This document shows, in pieces, positions 1 to 14,900 of a stretch of DNA of 64,000 bases (position 1 is the stretch's first letter; the number at the start of each line of letters is the position of its first letter). Below the pieces are notes generated by a model that was given only the letters and a program-made list of their open reading frames with translations, searched no databases and was not told the DNA's origin. Source of the DNA: Nemertoderma westbladi. Its lineage: Eukaryota > Animalia > Xenacoelomorpha. Location: the NCBI GenBank assembly GCA_032718475.1, contig JAUCBJ010004629.1, positions 1 through 64,000 of the forward strand. The letters run 5' to 3'. A program made the translations under genes and the position numbers.

Positions 1-1541
1 ATTTTTGACAGACGGAGTTATATAGATAAGGTTAACAACGACATCTTAAGCGACTCCCACTCATATACACGACTTCCCCATAACCTTACTACCACCCATT
101 CCAACTGCATGCGGCTCATCCGTCAAAAAACCAGCGTGGCTCGCTAGCCAGATTATGCAACAACTTTTAGACTTTATCCCAGAACAACTAAAAAATTTGC
201 AGGATTTTATTTCGAGACTAGGCATCCTGCCGCCATTACAGCCAGGAGACATCCTTTTTAGCACCAACATAGTGTCGATGTATACGAACATTCCAGTAGC
301 AGAAGGTATCGACGTTGTTACTTCGTTCCTCACCCAACATGGTAACCGCGTCAACATGTATGGGCTTTCCATACCCGAGTTATATGGTCTGCTGCAGATA
401 ACATCTGAAACAATGTTCTTCCAGTTCGGGGACAATTATTTCAGTCAAAATGATGGACTGGGGATGGGAGACCGCGATAATCTACATCCACGTAAAGGAA
501 TCACATTGGCTCAGGGAGTATCGACTGTTGCCAGAGGTCGTTATTTCGATGATGGATGGTCCATTAGGTCGCATGGAGAGGAGGAGTTGGACCTCTTCTT
601 CGTCTACCTTAACAGCCAGCACACTACCTTGAAATTCACGCTCGAGAAATCCTATGAGAGTCTTCCTTTCTTGGACGTGGTGATGTCCATCAATCCGGGT
701 GGTAAAATAGAAACCGAACTCTATATAAAACCTTCTAATGCAGGTGTAATGCTTAATTTTAATAGCCGACACCCTCGCCTAGTTATCAGGAATACCGCTT
801 TGAGTACTATTCAGCGGGCCATAAATAGAAACAGTACACCAGATGCCCAATCCCGTAGCTTAGCCCTCGTAACCAACATTCTAGAACGCAACGACTATCC
901 AACCCATTTGATTAAAGAACTCACTAATACCGCACTCTCCCAACACAGGAATACCCCTACACAACGCACACCACCACACACCATACTTGCACCGCTTAGG
1001 TTGCCTTTCATAAAAGATACAGTAGAACAAAAAATATGCAAAATTTTTAAACATTCCATTTTCGCCCCCAGCACCAGAGTTGTGAGCGAAGCTGCCCCCA
1101 AGATTAAAGACTTACTCATTCGCTCCGCACTAACCCAACCCCATTGCCCTGCCCCCACCCCCCCCCCCCCCCCCCACACGCCCCTTGCTCTGCATGTACG
1201 AGTGGGATTACAAACTGTCCTACCAAAAATGTAGTGTACCACCTAACCTGCAAACTTTTTGCCCTGTGGACTACGGGGAAACTGCGGGACCAGTTCGCGA
1301 CCGCCTCAGAACGCACCATAACGCTGTATGTAGGAAAGACCCCGACGAGACTGCATATGGTACACACTTCCTTACTTTGCACCTCGCACAACATAACATA
1401 CCCATCCCATTCTCTGCTCGCCTGCTTCGACGCTGCAGGGACTGGGCGGACAGGAAACTCGCAGAGAAGTCATACATTAGGGAAATGTCCCCTAGCATAA
1501 ACAAACAGTATGGAGACCCATGGGAACACCTCTGTTGGTAA
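1..1541 (+). mobile_element. Penelope-like retroelement (RT + GIY-YIG endonuclease), frameshifted, 5' end outside window
   Basis: ORF 155-1234 has PLE RT motifs (IVSMYTNIP, QNDGLGMG, RYFDDG, LPFLDV, YIKPSN). Overlapping frames 1144-1541 give KNVVYHLTCK..C...YGET...RLRTH and ...EKSYIREMSPSINKQ (GIY-YIG). One frameshift lies at the poly-C tract ~1158-1175. Confidence 0.9.
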
Positions 1542-1919
1542 AGTATGCACGCACACACACAACATTCAACTTTCTTGACATATTTATATTTTTTGACATA
1601 TTTTTCGGTATGATTTTGGTATATTATTAGAATTTGTATCTTAATAAAGTTGTGTGCTTAATATGAATTTGTTGGTGCATTAAAATAAAAAATATTATTA
1701 TACAGTACATTTTATACAGTAGTTAGACAGTACCCACTATATTAGGCCTACTTTTACTTTAATCCTAGTATAGACAGTCACTAAATTTCCTCCCGCATAT
1801 TTACCCCCGCCCCCCCCTCATAATTTTACTTTGTTTTATAGGAAACACAGACACACAGACGTTTTTTTTGACAGCAAGAAGCCATGACGGTCTTCTAATA
1901 AACCTAAATATTATTTAGG

Positions 1920-2040
1920 TTTATTACTATTATTATTACTATTATTATTCCTATTATTATTACTATTATCATTACTATTATTATTTCTATTAATATTACT
2001 ATTATTATTACTATTATTACTACTATTATTAATATTATTT
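1920..2040. repeat. (TAT/TAC)n microsatellite
   Basis: Imperfect ttattactattattattac run seen directly. Confidence 0.85.
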
Positions 2041-2809
2041 ATGTATTATACAAAGAAATGTATCGATTATTTTGGTTCTTATTTCGGTTATTAATTATTT
2101 AAGCGGGTAAGATTAAGCTCATGCTGTATAAAAATAGCACAGGTCGATTCGCCGTATCCCATTCTCACAAAGTTTTTATTTTATTCAAGTGTTTAATATA
2201 AAGATGCATGATTATTTATTGATTGAAAATAAAATAGTGTATAAATATGTAATATTCCCTCACGCAGCCTCTACTTTGCCTATGGGTGAATGGGGAAGGA
2301 TTTTCCCTGTATCATAGCAACGTTGTATAATTATTAAACTCTAGCTCGCTGGGAAGACAGGTAGCCTCAAACTGGCTGGAGTGTTGGACTAAGTCTCAGT
2401 AAATCCAATGGTTGGGGTGGGATGTCTGTTGGGAATTCCGAACTGGTCATAACATTAATTCTGCTTTCTCCAAGGCTGCATGGAGGGTGGGAGGGGTGTT
2501 ACATATTGATTGCGGATTGATATTTGATTGGGGATTAGATTATCATTTAGTTTTTCGGTTTTGTTGTCTTATCGACGGTCTTCTTATAGCCAGCTTGCTG
2601 GCGTTCTAGTTAAAATTATGCTGAAAAATAAAACATATCAAACACTCAAAAATACTATTTATTAAAACATCATTTAGACCTCTTGACGGAATTAATGTCC
2701 GTCTCCAAGCCCAGGGTTATAACTTATATTATATTAGGGCATATGTTGTGCACTCATTGGTGTCATTGTTATGCTCCTCCACTCATGATTTATTATCATT
2801 ATCATTTAG

Positions 2810-2987
2810 GCCTTCACATATAAAAATTGGTTTTATTGGATGCGTGTAAAACTCATTCCTGGTCTGTACGCCGGCGTTTGGTATTCCAGAGACGAAACCA
2901 ACCCAATGGGTCTCCGAGGATATATGGGGGACAAGGCAAATCTATTGGTTGGGATGCCCATGATACGGCAACTACGTGTGAAGAGGG
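2810..2987 (+). CDS. Polycystin-like exon (AFTYKNWFYWMR...IRQLRVKR)
   Basis: catttag acceptor, gtaggt donor, phase 1 matches the next exon. Confidence 0.85.
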
Positions 2988-5900
2988 GTAGGTGGATGAT
3001 TATTAGCTTAGCTATAGTATGTAAGGGAAGTGGTAGGTGATAATTAACTCAGCTATAGTATCTAAGGGAAGTTGTAGTACTTAGCAATTATAATTAGAAA
3101 CAGTAGTAATTAGCATCGGTTAGTTATGTATGTAAGGTACGTATGTAAGGGGAGCGGTAGGTTATAATAAGCTTGGCTATATAATATGCAAAGGGAGCAG
3201 TAGTAATTATCTTAGCTACATAGTTATGACTTCGACTATCGGGCCTAGGGTTATGATGTGTGAGTGAATAACTGGTTCCACGGTCGATTTCAAATCATAA
3301 TATAATAATTGTACTTATGATTTGTTATAGCATGCGCCTATTAGGGGTCTTTGGCGACCTTATCAAAGCGCCTGCTTTTATTATCATTTCCCTCAGCAAA
3401 GCTAGGTTCCCATTATACCGCTGGGTTGGCGTAGGCACTAATGTCTAAAGCGTCTTGCCGAGGGTCACATCAGTGCGAAATTTACTCAGCCGGTAGTCGG
3501 ATTCGGACCTGCGCCACCAACACTGATCGTGTAAGAAGTTCAGGCGCCGTATCCACTGGGACACTGATAGACCTAGACCTAGATAGGCCTCCCCACTTTG
3601 CTGACATCACGAATAGCAGAGTTAGTATAACCCTGCAATCGGAATCATCTTAATCTTAGTAGATATGCCACCGACATCGGGCCCCACTTTAGAGTCCATT
3701 GTGGACACACTCAACAACTTTAAAAGATAATTAATGGATGGAATTAAAGGCCTCTATGCCGAATTAAACGCCACCATCAAGGAGAACAAAAAAGTTGTAA
3801 AAAACCTACAAGAGGAGAATGCCGGGTTGGAAACTAGGATCAACGACCTAAATAAGTATATACGGCGGGACCAAATACTAATTAATTAATACATGGGCTT
3901 GCAGAATCAAACGATCTCCTGCGGATGCGTCACTCATCAGAGGGACAGTTGAGAAATTGGGCCTTTCTTGAAGTAATATCGACATATATCACCGTCTTGG
4001 GCGGATCCAACCTGGTCAAGGGAGTTCGAGTTCCACTAAAAAGAAAACGCGCCCAGTCATCATAAAACTCCACAGTCACGGCGCGCGAATTACTGCGTTT
4101 AAGAATGCAAAGGCAGTTTCTCCGTCTTACTTAACCGAACATCACACCCCCATGCGGGCTGAATGGCTTCGCGAATTGGCCTTCCTTAGTAAGTCAGACA
4201 AAATCCACGCTGCTTACTCGCATAATGGAGTCATTATTGTGAAGATGGAACGTAATGCTAATCCAATCATTATTAAATCCACCAAAGATGTGGAGGAAGT
4301 TCGCTCATCAATCGTAACTTCGAACCGAGTTTCAACACGATCAACATCGGGTCAGTAAAGTTTAATATCCCGAGACATTTCCCAACTTATCTCAGTTAAC
4401 AAGGTAAATGAAATTAGTTTATTTTATTTTATATCTCAAACGAATCTCTGCTCAGCTCGGTGTAGTTTAACTGTTTTTTTAGCAGTTATTTTTTTTTCCT
4501 TTTTTTTTGTTTATATCTCAGGAACTTAGACTTCGACTTGCTTTGTCTGTAAGATGTAAGTAAGATATGTATTAAATACCTAGTGTATATCTATCGTCGA
4601 GTTCTGTCTATAATTCCTTTATTATATAAGTAAGTTAAATTGTCTGTAATTCCATTATTATTGAAGTAAATTGTATTGAAATTCATACTATATATTTATC
4701 ATCGAATTCTGTCTGTAATTCCCATATTATATACAGTGAGTAAATTAAATTGTATATTTTTCGACGTGTTCTGTCTGTAATTCCATTATTTTATAAGTAA
4801 GTTGAACTTTATATTTTTCGACGTGTTCTGTCTGTAATGAAAGTTAAACGTAAATGTAAAACTTAGTGTATATCTTTCGACGTGCACTGTCATTCATTTT
4901 GAACAAAGTTATTTTAACTGGAAAAGCAAAGAATGCTTCCGTATTTTCGTGTGTCTAATTATTAGTATTATTTCTTTTAATTTTTTTAATACCTGTCCTA
5001 TTGACTACGATGCCGTACGCACAGTAATAAAATTGTACTGCTGTAATTAAAGTGTAGATCAAGTTTATGAATAGTAATAATGCGTTCTCTATGGAAAGCT
5101 GCGGGCTCTGTTTCTCCAAATTTACCACTACTGATTATATTTTTCACTGTAACATTTGTTGTACACTCTACCATCTTCCATGTGGTTCTCATATTACTGC
5201 TCCAGAAATAGATAATCGTATTTCTCCTATGTGCATATTATATTGCTATAGCGCAATGTTACCCTTTTCTGGAGTAGACAACGATGATGTAGATATATTT
5301 TATACTGAAACTTTAACTGACAACGATGACTATTCAAACCTCTATTCCGACATCGATCCGCATGTCAACATCGCGTGTAATATTGAAACATCAGGGTACT
5401 TTGATACAACAACATTTTCTAGTAAAATTAATGAACTCAATTCCCCCAATCGTTTTTCGGTTTATCATTTAAACTGTAGAAGCATTAATAAAAATCTCCC
5501 AGTGGTAACTGACTACTTACAATCACTAGAAGCTCAATTTGACATTTTAACCTTCACAGAGACGATTTTAGCCAATGATGACACCACCGATGTAATCAAA
5601 ATTGATGGATATACTGGTCCTATAATGGACAACAGGGAAATTAAAAAATCCAAAAGGGGTAAAATAATAAAAGGGGGGGGGGGGGGGGGGGGGGTTGTGC
5701 TATATACGTCTGCCATGAAATATCATTTAGCGTGCGCAGTGATTTAAAGCTACCTGAACTAGAGAACTGTTGGGTTGAAATTAAATGGAATTCCCATCAA
5801 AAACCACTAATCATTGGTGCAATTTATTGGCCTGGTGCATACAACTTTGATTTGTTCACTCCAAAGCTAGATGAATTACTGCACTCTCTAAATGAGAAGA

Positions 5901-8900
5901 AATAAAAATACAGTAATAACCAGCAACTATAATGTAGACCTTCTTAAGAGCAATGCAGAATCCCGCGAATATCTTCAAGTTATTTACTCAAACGGCTTTT
6001 CCCAATTAGTAAATAACGCGACTCGTTTAGCGCATAATACAAAAAAATCTCTAATAGACCATGTGACGGAATCCACTGGAATTGGCAGTGGTGATTCCCG
6101 ACCGGTGTGTGGATTGTACGCGTCGCCGCGATCGTGGGCTGCTGAGCTGGTACTGGATATATTAGGCCGAAGGCCATTGAAAATGACAGGGTTAAGTTGT
6201 CAGTATTTATAATCACAGTAATTGATAATAGCACAGTTTGAATATAATAATATGCAATACAGCGGTTAGTGACGACGGAGTGATGATGGTCAAAACTATT
6301 CCGGTCTCACAACTGTAAGGAAACCAACTAAACTAATAATCAACAATCACAACGGTTATATCATTGACACATGTTACATTAGCCCTACACTACAGGGTGG
6401 CCTTAATATCCAATAGATGCGCTCTATTCACCCCCAATGTGCTTTCCCGCCCACTATTGGCTTAACCTGATTAATTGTCACCTCGCCACTCCCTGTTGGC
6501 GTTATCCCTCGTGCTAGCCTTACTAGCTTGCTTGTCCCTCTGAGGTGGTTTGACCTCTCACCTCTCTCTGTGGCTTACGGCGTGTATCACCACAGTTGGT
6601 TATGAGGTGAGATTATTATTGGTAATCTCACATCGCCAACTATATCAGTAAAATGCCACTAATCCCATTTTCGGTGGGTAGTGCACGGAATTGAATCCGC
6701 TTACAGACCACATCCATACTAATATTAGTGATTCAATATGCCATCCAGGTGTTTTCCTTACCGAAACAGGTTCGACGGATCACTTACCAACTTTTCTACT
6801 GATTTCTGACTACTCTTGTCATTTTAATTCACCTGAACTAAACTATGTGTATGACCACCAATTTTAATAAAGATTTATTTTTACAAGATTTGAGTAGTCC
6901 AGACTCATGGAAATACGACTCAAATAATGTTCCAGTAAAGGATAAGTATGCGATATTTTATGAGAATTTCAAAACAATATGTTCAAAACATCTACCTGTT
7001 AAACAAATCTCTAAGAGCTCCTCTCCGAAAAAACCATGGTTAACTGAAAGCCTAGTAAAATGTATTAATAAAAAAAATTTGCTTTACTCAAAATATGTGG
7101 CTAAACGATCTCTTTAAAATTTCAATATCTATAAATCGTACCACAATAAATTATCTTCTTTATTAAGAAAAGCTGAAAAGCACTGATATTAAAAAAACAT
7201 GGAGAACTATAAATGCGGCAAACTCATCTGAAGGTGCTGGCTGATCAACCACTTTACCACCATCAATATCACCTTTCCAGTTGATAGCATGCCAGATAGA
7301 TTTGGCATTATTCATTGCTATTTGTTGTGAGTTGCTATTTGCTAGAGTCCATGTAACACCCAGGTTGTTAGCCCTTTCTATTAAATTCTCGTCCATCGAT
7401 ACCCCATTGTTGTTGGGTATACCCACTTTAACGACCAACGGTGCATGATCAGAACCTGATTGGTCCCTATCAATGGTAATTGAGTGGATATTATTTATCA
7501 ACTCATCGGATACGACACAAACATCGACTTCACTAATCCACTGTTTACCTTTCCTGTACGATAAACCACCTCCGAGTGTACCATTTTCCATAGTAACTAA
7601 ATGGTTGGCAATAACACATCCAGAATCTGTACAGATACTTAGGAGGTGTTCACCATGACCATTTATTGAATTATCCTCTACATCATCATATTCATATTTG
7701 GATCTTTGTGGGTCATAAGGATTACCATATACTAGGGTTCCAACTGTGGAATTTAGATCTCCAATCGCAACCACTTTCTTGTTCTGTTTAAATACAGCAT
7801 GTAAATTTCCGAATAAATCATTAGAGAAGTAGCGAGAATCTGATGGTGGGATATACGCTGTACCAATTATCAAGTCAGATGCGAATTTGAAACATAACCA
7901 CAACTCTCTTAAGTCACAACTTATATAAGTGCCATCCAGAGATTTGGTATCCTCTGCAGTTAGAGCTTAGCATATAAGAGTACTGGTACTACAGACCTAA
8001 ATATTCGAATCTTCAGATTCCATTTTATTCTATGGGACTTACAAATCCTGGACTGACTATCCAATGCTGCCCATGCCTTTCCCTCACATATCCGAAGGTC
8101 TGACTTCCAGATCCATGATCCCAAGTAGCAGAAGTCATCCTCATGCTCAAGCAAGACATCGCTGCACCTTATTCCCTTACGATCAGACATTGATTGGGGG
8201 CTGTCAAGGTTGACTGTCTTAATTTTAATCTTCTTAAAATTTACAATAAAGACTAACACTAGAAGCAACCTGCTCCAATGAGTAGAGGAGCCTTTGGGGA
8301 GCCCAAAGGCTCCTCTACTCATTGGAACAGGTTGCTTCTAGTGTTACTAGTAATACTGACAGTACCCCTAAGTCATCAGCAAAATCTAGATCAGTAAGGT
8401 ACTGTGCAGGGACCATCTTATTTGTTTTCATTTCTTAACGGACTCTCTTTGTCCAATACTTCTCCACAATAATGGGGTGAATGAGCTCCAAACTAATTTT
8501 AAATTAATTTTAAAGACCTCAGTGGGCACACCATCTACTCCACTGGCATGAGTGGTCTTGATGCTCTTTGCTGCGGTCTTGATTTCAGCAAAGGAGATGT
8601 CACAAATGGGGATATCTGTGAGCACAGACTCAGATATATGATGTACCTCAAAGTTATCAGGCAATACCTTGTCATTGTTTAGAGGCTTCTCAAAGTGCCC
8701 CTTGGTGTGTTCAGCTGGAGATTCAGCCTTAACCTTGGTGGTTGGTTGTCTTTTATGATTGCCATGCCTGGGCTGATTGCATGCTATCATCTACTTACAT
8801 TGTTAATGGCGTCAACCTGCTCATTGATAAGTTCCTTCAGATTATCAAAGTACTGCCTGTTAAAGGACCTAGATGCAGCCTTAACTCCATCCCTGGATGT

Positions 8901-11900
8901 ACTCGTGTGCCCGAGTTGGCGGGACTCATTATGTGCCTTAGTGAGGTCATTTCGGCTCTTCCAAATTCTGTGGTCAGTCCAGGGGGCCTTTTTCCTGTTT
9001 CGAGTGTATACAGGAACTGCAGCTGCTAACCTAACTGCTTCTGTGATGGTAGTATAGCCCTCGCAGTAATCTCCACTAGTCATGCCATGGCAAGGCAAAT
9101 TTCGTAGCACACAGTCTAAGTCTTACCTTGGCCACAATAAGGCAGTGATCACTAGAGAAGGGTCGAAGTGTAAATGCACTACGTCAAGTCTTCTATAGTT
9201 CTCCGGTATTTCCTACAAAACATTATATGGTTATTAGCTTAGCTATAGTATGTAATGGAACTCTAGGTGAGAATTTCCTACAATATGTATGGTAGACATA
9301 TTTATATACCCCATGCAGTCTTGGCACTGCAATGTAATTCATACCCTCATTCACATTTACCATTCTTAGATTTATGTCTACCAATTGACAAACGTCTCGG
9401 GAAGGATTGCACCCCAGAATATAATGTTGACAACGAGGATAGAGGTCGATACGGAACAAAGTGGAACCCGATCGATCTGACCAACCCGGAACACATTAAC
9501 CAACCGTGGTACACCTGGAGTTCCTCTGAAGCTGTGGATGGCTCCGAGTTTACAGCACTGTTATACACATATGGAGGTGAGTGACAATTAGTTAGTTAGT
9601 TGGTAGGCAGGTCGATTTATGTTTCTGTCTGTATCTGTCTGTCTGTCAGTCAGTTGGTTGGTCTGTCATTCGGTCGGTCGGTCGGTCATATAGTTAATGT
9701 ATTTATCTTTGTTTCTCTAGGCGGAGGATTTATATACCGAATGAAACGGACCCCGGCAGAGACTCTAGAAGACCTCGGGAAATTAGAGTCAGAGTTATGG
9801 CTTGATGAACTCACCCGAGCTATATTTGTAGAGTTCACAATATACAATGTACCCAATAACTTATACGGAGTGGTCACATTTGTTGTTGAGTTTCCACCAA
9901 CATCCTCAGGTTATGATACAATTAATACGCCAAAATCTCAATGAGAGTCACAATACTTTATTATAATGAAATTGAAGATCACAAACTTACTTAGCCAATA
10001 AATTAATAGAGATAATGCTAAATCTTCTTAGATAGATATGTCTTAGATGATTAATTTAATTTGACATTCATGAGAATGAAATATTTAACTTCATTTTCAA
10101 TAATAAGGTAATTTAATGAAAGTATAATTACATGTTTCAGGCGTTCCGTATTATAAATTACAACCTGTTAAACTGAAATACGACTTCGGCGGTAAGGATC
10201 TGTGGATGGCGGTTTCGTTAATAGTTATAGCACTGATTACATTCATATTTTTAATTCGAGAGATTTTACGAATGGTTCGGCAGCGAATGGATTACTTCAA
10301 ACAAGCTATTAGCTATCTGGATTTCCTAATAATACTAACAGCTTTAGGTAAGTTAGAATCGGTATGTAACATTGTAATCGAATTAACCTTTTGCATACCA
10401 AATTTAAATTACATAAATTTTTTCTTCCAAGAACGAAGAAAAATATATTTGATTGGAACAAGGTTTATCTTCTTGTCATACCAGAGATTTTTATATAAAT
10501 AGGATAACAATATTATTACTTATCCAACTATCAATGGCAGCAACTGCCGCCTTTAACCATTTTAAATGTTTTTAAATCTTTCATTTGAACCCCATGGGTG
10601 GCACATTGCTGCCTTAATCATTTGTAACAAAATTATTAGCTAAATTGAAATTAAATTGTATATAAATTATGTAATTTAAAATACCCTCAAACCAATACGA
10701 ATCCCTTCGAGCAATATTAAATTAACTTTTCTAGACCAGTTTTTCCTGCCCAACACGAATATGAACTCCATTTTTCCGCGCCAATAGTTATATAAGAATA
10801 AGAAGTTATAAGAGGTTTTAAATAAAGATGGCACCCTGCTGCCCTGGGGGTCAGGATAATATATGTAAAGGCGGCACTCTGCTGCCGTGGGGGTTAAAGT
10901 GATATTTATATAAAGGTGGCACACTACCGCCTTTATGAGCATGGTCCTAAATTATTTAGAATGAAAAAGGCGGCAGTGTGCCACCTTTTTTAAGTGTTGG
11001 TACGCAAAGGGTTAATTATGCTATGTCGGTTTAACCTCAAAATTGCGCTCCGCGCTGCCACAACACTCTATCTCTCATGACTTTCGCTCGATTATTCGCA
11101 TCTTCACAGACAGAAAAGATCTTCGCCTTTAAGAGGTTTCTAAAGAAAGTCGACAATGCTTATTCTCTCCATGGGGGTGCCAAGGCACAAGGTTGTGCTG
11201 AGGTATAGATACTTCTAATTATAATATATCTTTATACTTTTTTAAGGAATATATTTAAATCATACTGTAGTAACGGCATATTATTTACTGTTAGGTGGTA
11301 TATCCTGGTAATACTTTTGTTATTTTCATTATTCCAGGCTCGATTGGAATGTTCTTCTACCGGTACAGTGCTACAGCATCCAGACTCGATAAAATCAGGA
11401 AGTCTGGTGGGCGCGATTCTCTTAATCTTGTATTTATTGCCTTTGTTCACAATAGTTTCCTAATACTTCTAGGGTTTATTGCTTTCTTCTCAACCCTTCG
11501 ATTTCTATACATATTGAGGGTCAGTTCTTTATTAACTTTTATTCACTTCATGTTATTATGTTATGTACCAAACAGAAGGGATAAGGCTGTCAGTTGAAGT
11601 ACGGAACAGTAAAGCTCTCACTTGATGTGACAAATATAATCTGTTGATATAGATCCACTAGGTATATTATACAATATATTTTCCCTTGATCCTTTATGGC
11701 TGCACAAACATTGACAGTTTTTCAAGCGATAAATTTGGAAGAGTATTCAAGAAAGCTGAGGAGCATCACCAACTTAGGGCACTAAGTGTCAAATAGAACT
11801 ATGCACTATATTCTAAACATATTAATATCTAATGACCCAGCAGAAATGTCGATGTATCTATCTATAGTGCATTGAGCTTCGGGAATCGGATAGTGACTAA

Positions 11901-14900
11901 CTTATTTAGCATGTTAGATTCATACCATCTTGAAAATGAGGAAATGTAGTCAAAGATAACCTTTCAAGTGAGTAACAAGTTGAAGCATGGAAGTTAGGTC
12001 TTCCAAGTTTGCAAGGCCTCTGCACCGATCAGTATTGCATAAAACTACTTCTCAAAAGATCTGCCCATGAACATACAAACGACACTTTATGTTCCCTAGA
12101 GAAGTATTTAATGCACACTACCAGGACACTATACGTAATATATAGACAGAGTTCTCATATAAGAAGACATCTATCATTGACCTATTTAAGACCAATTGGT
12201 CTTACCATAACTCAGCTTTTAAATTCAGTGCTTTTTAAATTCATTTTAAAATCAGTGCGGCATGCCCTTTTTATCCATTTTATCTTAAACCTTTTACTAA
12301 TATAGCAGAGAGCTTAGTGCTTATAATAATTTACATAAACTAACATTAAAAAAAAAACTTAATACATTTAAATATGAATATCTTATGTTTTAAACTTATA
12401 TATAAGTGCTTATATTTATATATATTATTTACTTGTGCCAGGCCCTTTTAATAATTAAAGCCACTGGTGGTGTGATGTACGGATTATGATGTACTGAGCA
12501 ATACTGATGTCAGTTGAAGTTCAGCTAGATTAATTGTAATTTAACTTGTGTTGATTCATAATTATTAGTTCAACACCCGTATATCGATGTTGTCCCGCAC
12601 CATCTCCCACGCTGTTAACGACATTATCGGGTTCGGTTTGTGGTTCTTCGTCGTCTTTACCGGTTTCTGGGGTGTTGCTTATCTCCTGTTTATGGGTCAT
12701 CTTCTCCGATTTCATTCAATATCAGCTTCCGCGCAAAGCCTAATAAGCACGTTGCTAGGTGAGTGATTGGCCATCATGTTACTATGTTAGAAATTTTGAT
12801 CAGTTTTGAGTTTATTATCAGTTTGGCTATCGCAACCGTCAGTTTATGATCAACCAATCTTTCATCATATTATTATTAGAGCCGGTTGCAGATGTACATG
12901 TTACGTTATCTAATAATGTATTTATTATTATAGGGAGTTTTGAGTACAATGAGATGATGTATGTTACCCCAACCTTCGGGGCCATCTTCTTTATTGTCTA
13001 CACATTCGTTATGAACGTTATCGTCATCAACCTCTTTGTTGCTATTCTTAACGATAGCATCAGCGTTGTGAGTTAATTTAATAAATATATACTCCTATGG
13101 AATGTATCGAGTTATCTTACAGTTATTATTCTGATTTTTTTTTCACCTATATATATTAAGATAACTGTATGTACAAACACAAACACCTGGTACATGGCCA
13201 CCGAAGCCAAGCACTGCACCTCGTATCATAATTGACCCAACAACAGCAACACAATACTGGTGTAAATGCAATATATTCTAGAGCATAAAGTTTCGTCAAA
13301 TATTTAGTAATTCATTAATTATTTATAAATTATCATGCAATTATACCGGCAAGAAAGTAAAAATGAAATACTCATAATTATACATGTAGGCCTCCCCCAC
13401 ATTCCTGGCACTCGAAACCGGACCACGCCACTGCACTGTCGCCACAATGAAAGAGTTGGACCAGAGGTTCAAGAAATGCAGCTGCTGTCGAACTTAATAA
13501 TGGCAGGGATTTTTTATGTCCTTTTATTTGACTTTTTTTTGTCCGCCGGTTTTACGAATTTTGCATAATTACTTTTTATGTATGTATTTCTTCAAACTGT
13601 CAGACCGCTGATTTCTGGACTGTCAGACAGTTGATTTCAACATGCCTATGCCAAAACATTCAAAAATTGTTGATTTCTGGACTGTCAGGCAGTTGATTTC
13701 ATAATGCCTGTGCCATAACATTCAAAATTTGTTGATTTCTGGTCTGTCGGACAGTTGGTTTCACTATGCCTGTGCCAAAACATTCCATGATTCCATGATT
13801 TATAGACTATGAGATAGATTTACATATGCGCCTGTGGTAAAAAGACTCTATATTTAATAGTTTGTGGTTGTTGTCGATAATCGATTACCATATGACGTAG
13901 CAAAACACTCATTTTATAGCCAAATATAATTACGTATTGATGGAAAGGGGCAGGTTAGAGAGGCCGGATTTTCTAACCAAGTCACTTTACCAAATGAAGG
14001 AAAGGAGCAGGTTACATGGATGGTCTTTTCTAACCAAAACAATAAACGATAACATTACCAATTGAGGGAAAGGAACAGGTTACAGAGGCAGGCTTTTCTA
14101 ACCAAAGCAATAAAGGATCACTTTACCCATTGAGGCAAAGGAGCAGGTTCCAGAGGCAGGCTTTTCTAACCAAAACAATAAACGAGCACCTTACCAATTG
14201 AGAGAACGGAGCAGGTTACATAGAAGGGCTATTCTAACCAAAACAATAAACTTTACATATTGGGGGAAAGGAACAGGTTACAGAGGCGTACTAACCAAAA
14301 CAATAATAAATGATCACAACTACCAATAGAAGGAAAATAGCAGGTTACAGAAGCGAGTGTTTCTAACCAAAACAATAAACGATCACTTTAGCAATTGGGG
14401 AAAGGAGCAGGTTACAGAAACGGAATTTTCTAACCAAAACAATAAACGATACCACTTTACCAATTAAGGAAAATGAGCACAATCGAGCGGTATTATTTTA
14501 CATTATGTACAGTTGTATATATCCTTTATAGGGACAACATCTTTGCTTTTTAGCTAAAACCGGCCCGATATTTTCGATATCAGTGTGTTTCAAATGGGGA
14601 ATTTTCGAACACATTATATGTGGACTGATCCACTGATCTGTTAGTTTAGAACTACATTATAGATTTAGAGGTACCACTACAGTTACCCATAACATTACAG
14701 TAGTCCATGATCCATTTTAAATGCATTATCCAGATATGTATCAATTATCTAAAATTTATTAATTATTTAAAAGGTCAGTGCGCGGTCAGCCGGTACTAAA
14801 ATTCTGAAATAAGTTTATTAATTACCATCTTTCTCTCATTTACAACTGTTTAGGCTACTATATCAGAGTACCGGTATCAGTATCTATTGTACAGTAGCTG

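Larger units (their letters stand above)
3600..7215 (+). mobile_element. CR1/L2-group LINE, 5' part: decayed ORF1 (~3665-4358), then ORF2 with PHD finger and APE endonuclease; truncated before RT
   Basis: ORF1: coiled coil, HRLG...RPVIIKL, YLTEHHTP..R, NGVIIVK. ORF2: CGLC..C.IC...YHLPC, HLNCRSI, FDILTFTET, GGGV, IDHIHTN...TDHLPTF, KPWLT, DIKKTWRTIN. Confidence 0.85.

Noticed and set aside
13940-14480. CRISPR-like array
   Set aside because: The inter-repeat segments are homologous to each other (gatcactttaccaatt), there are no unique spacers or cas genes, and the context is a eukaryotic intron.
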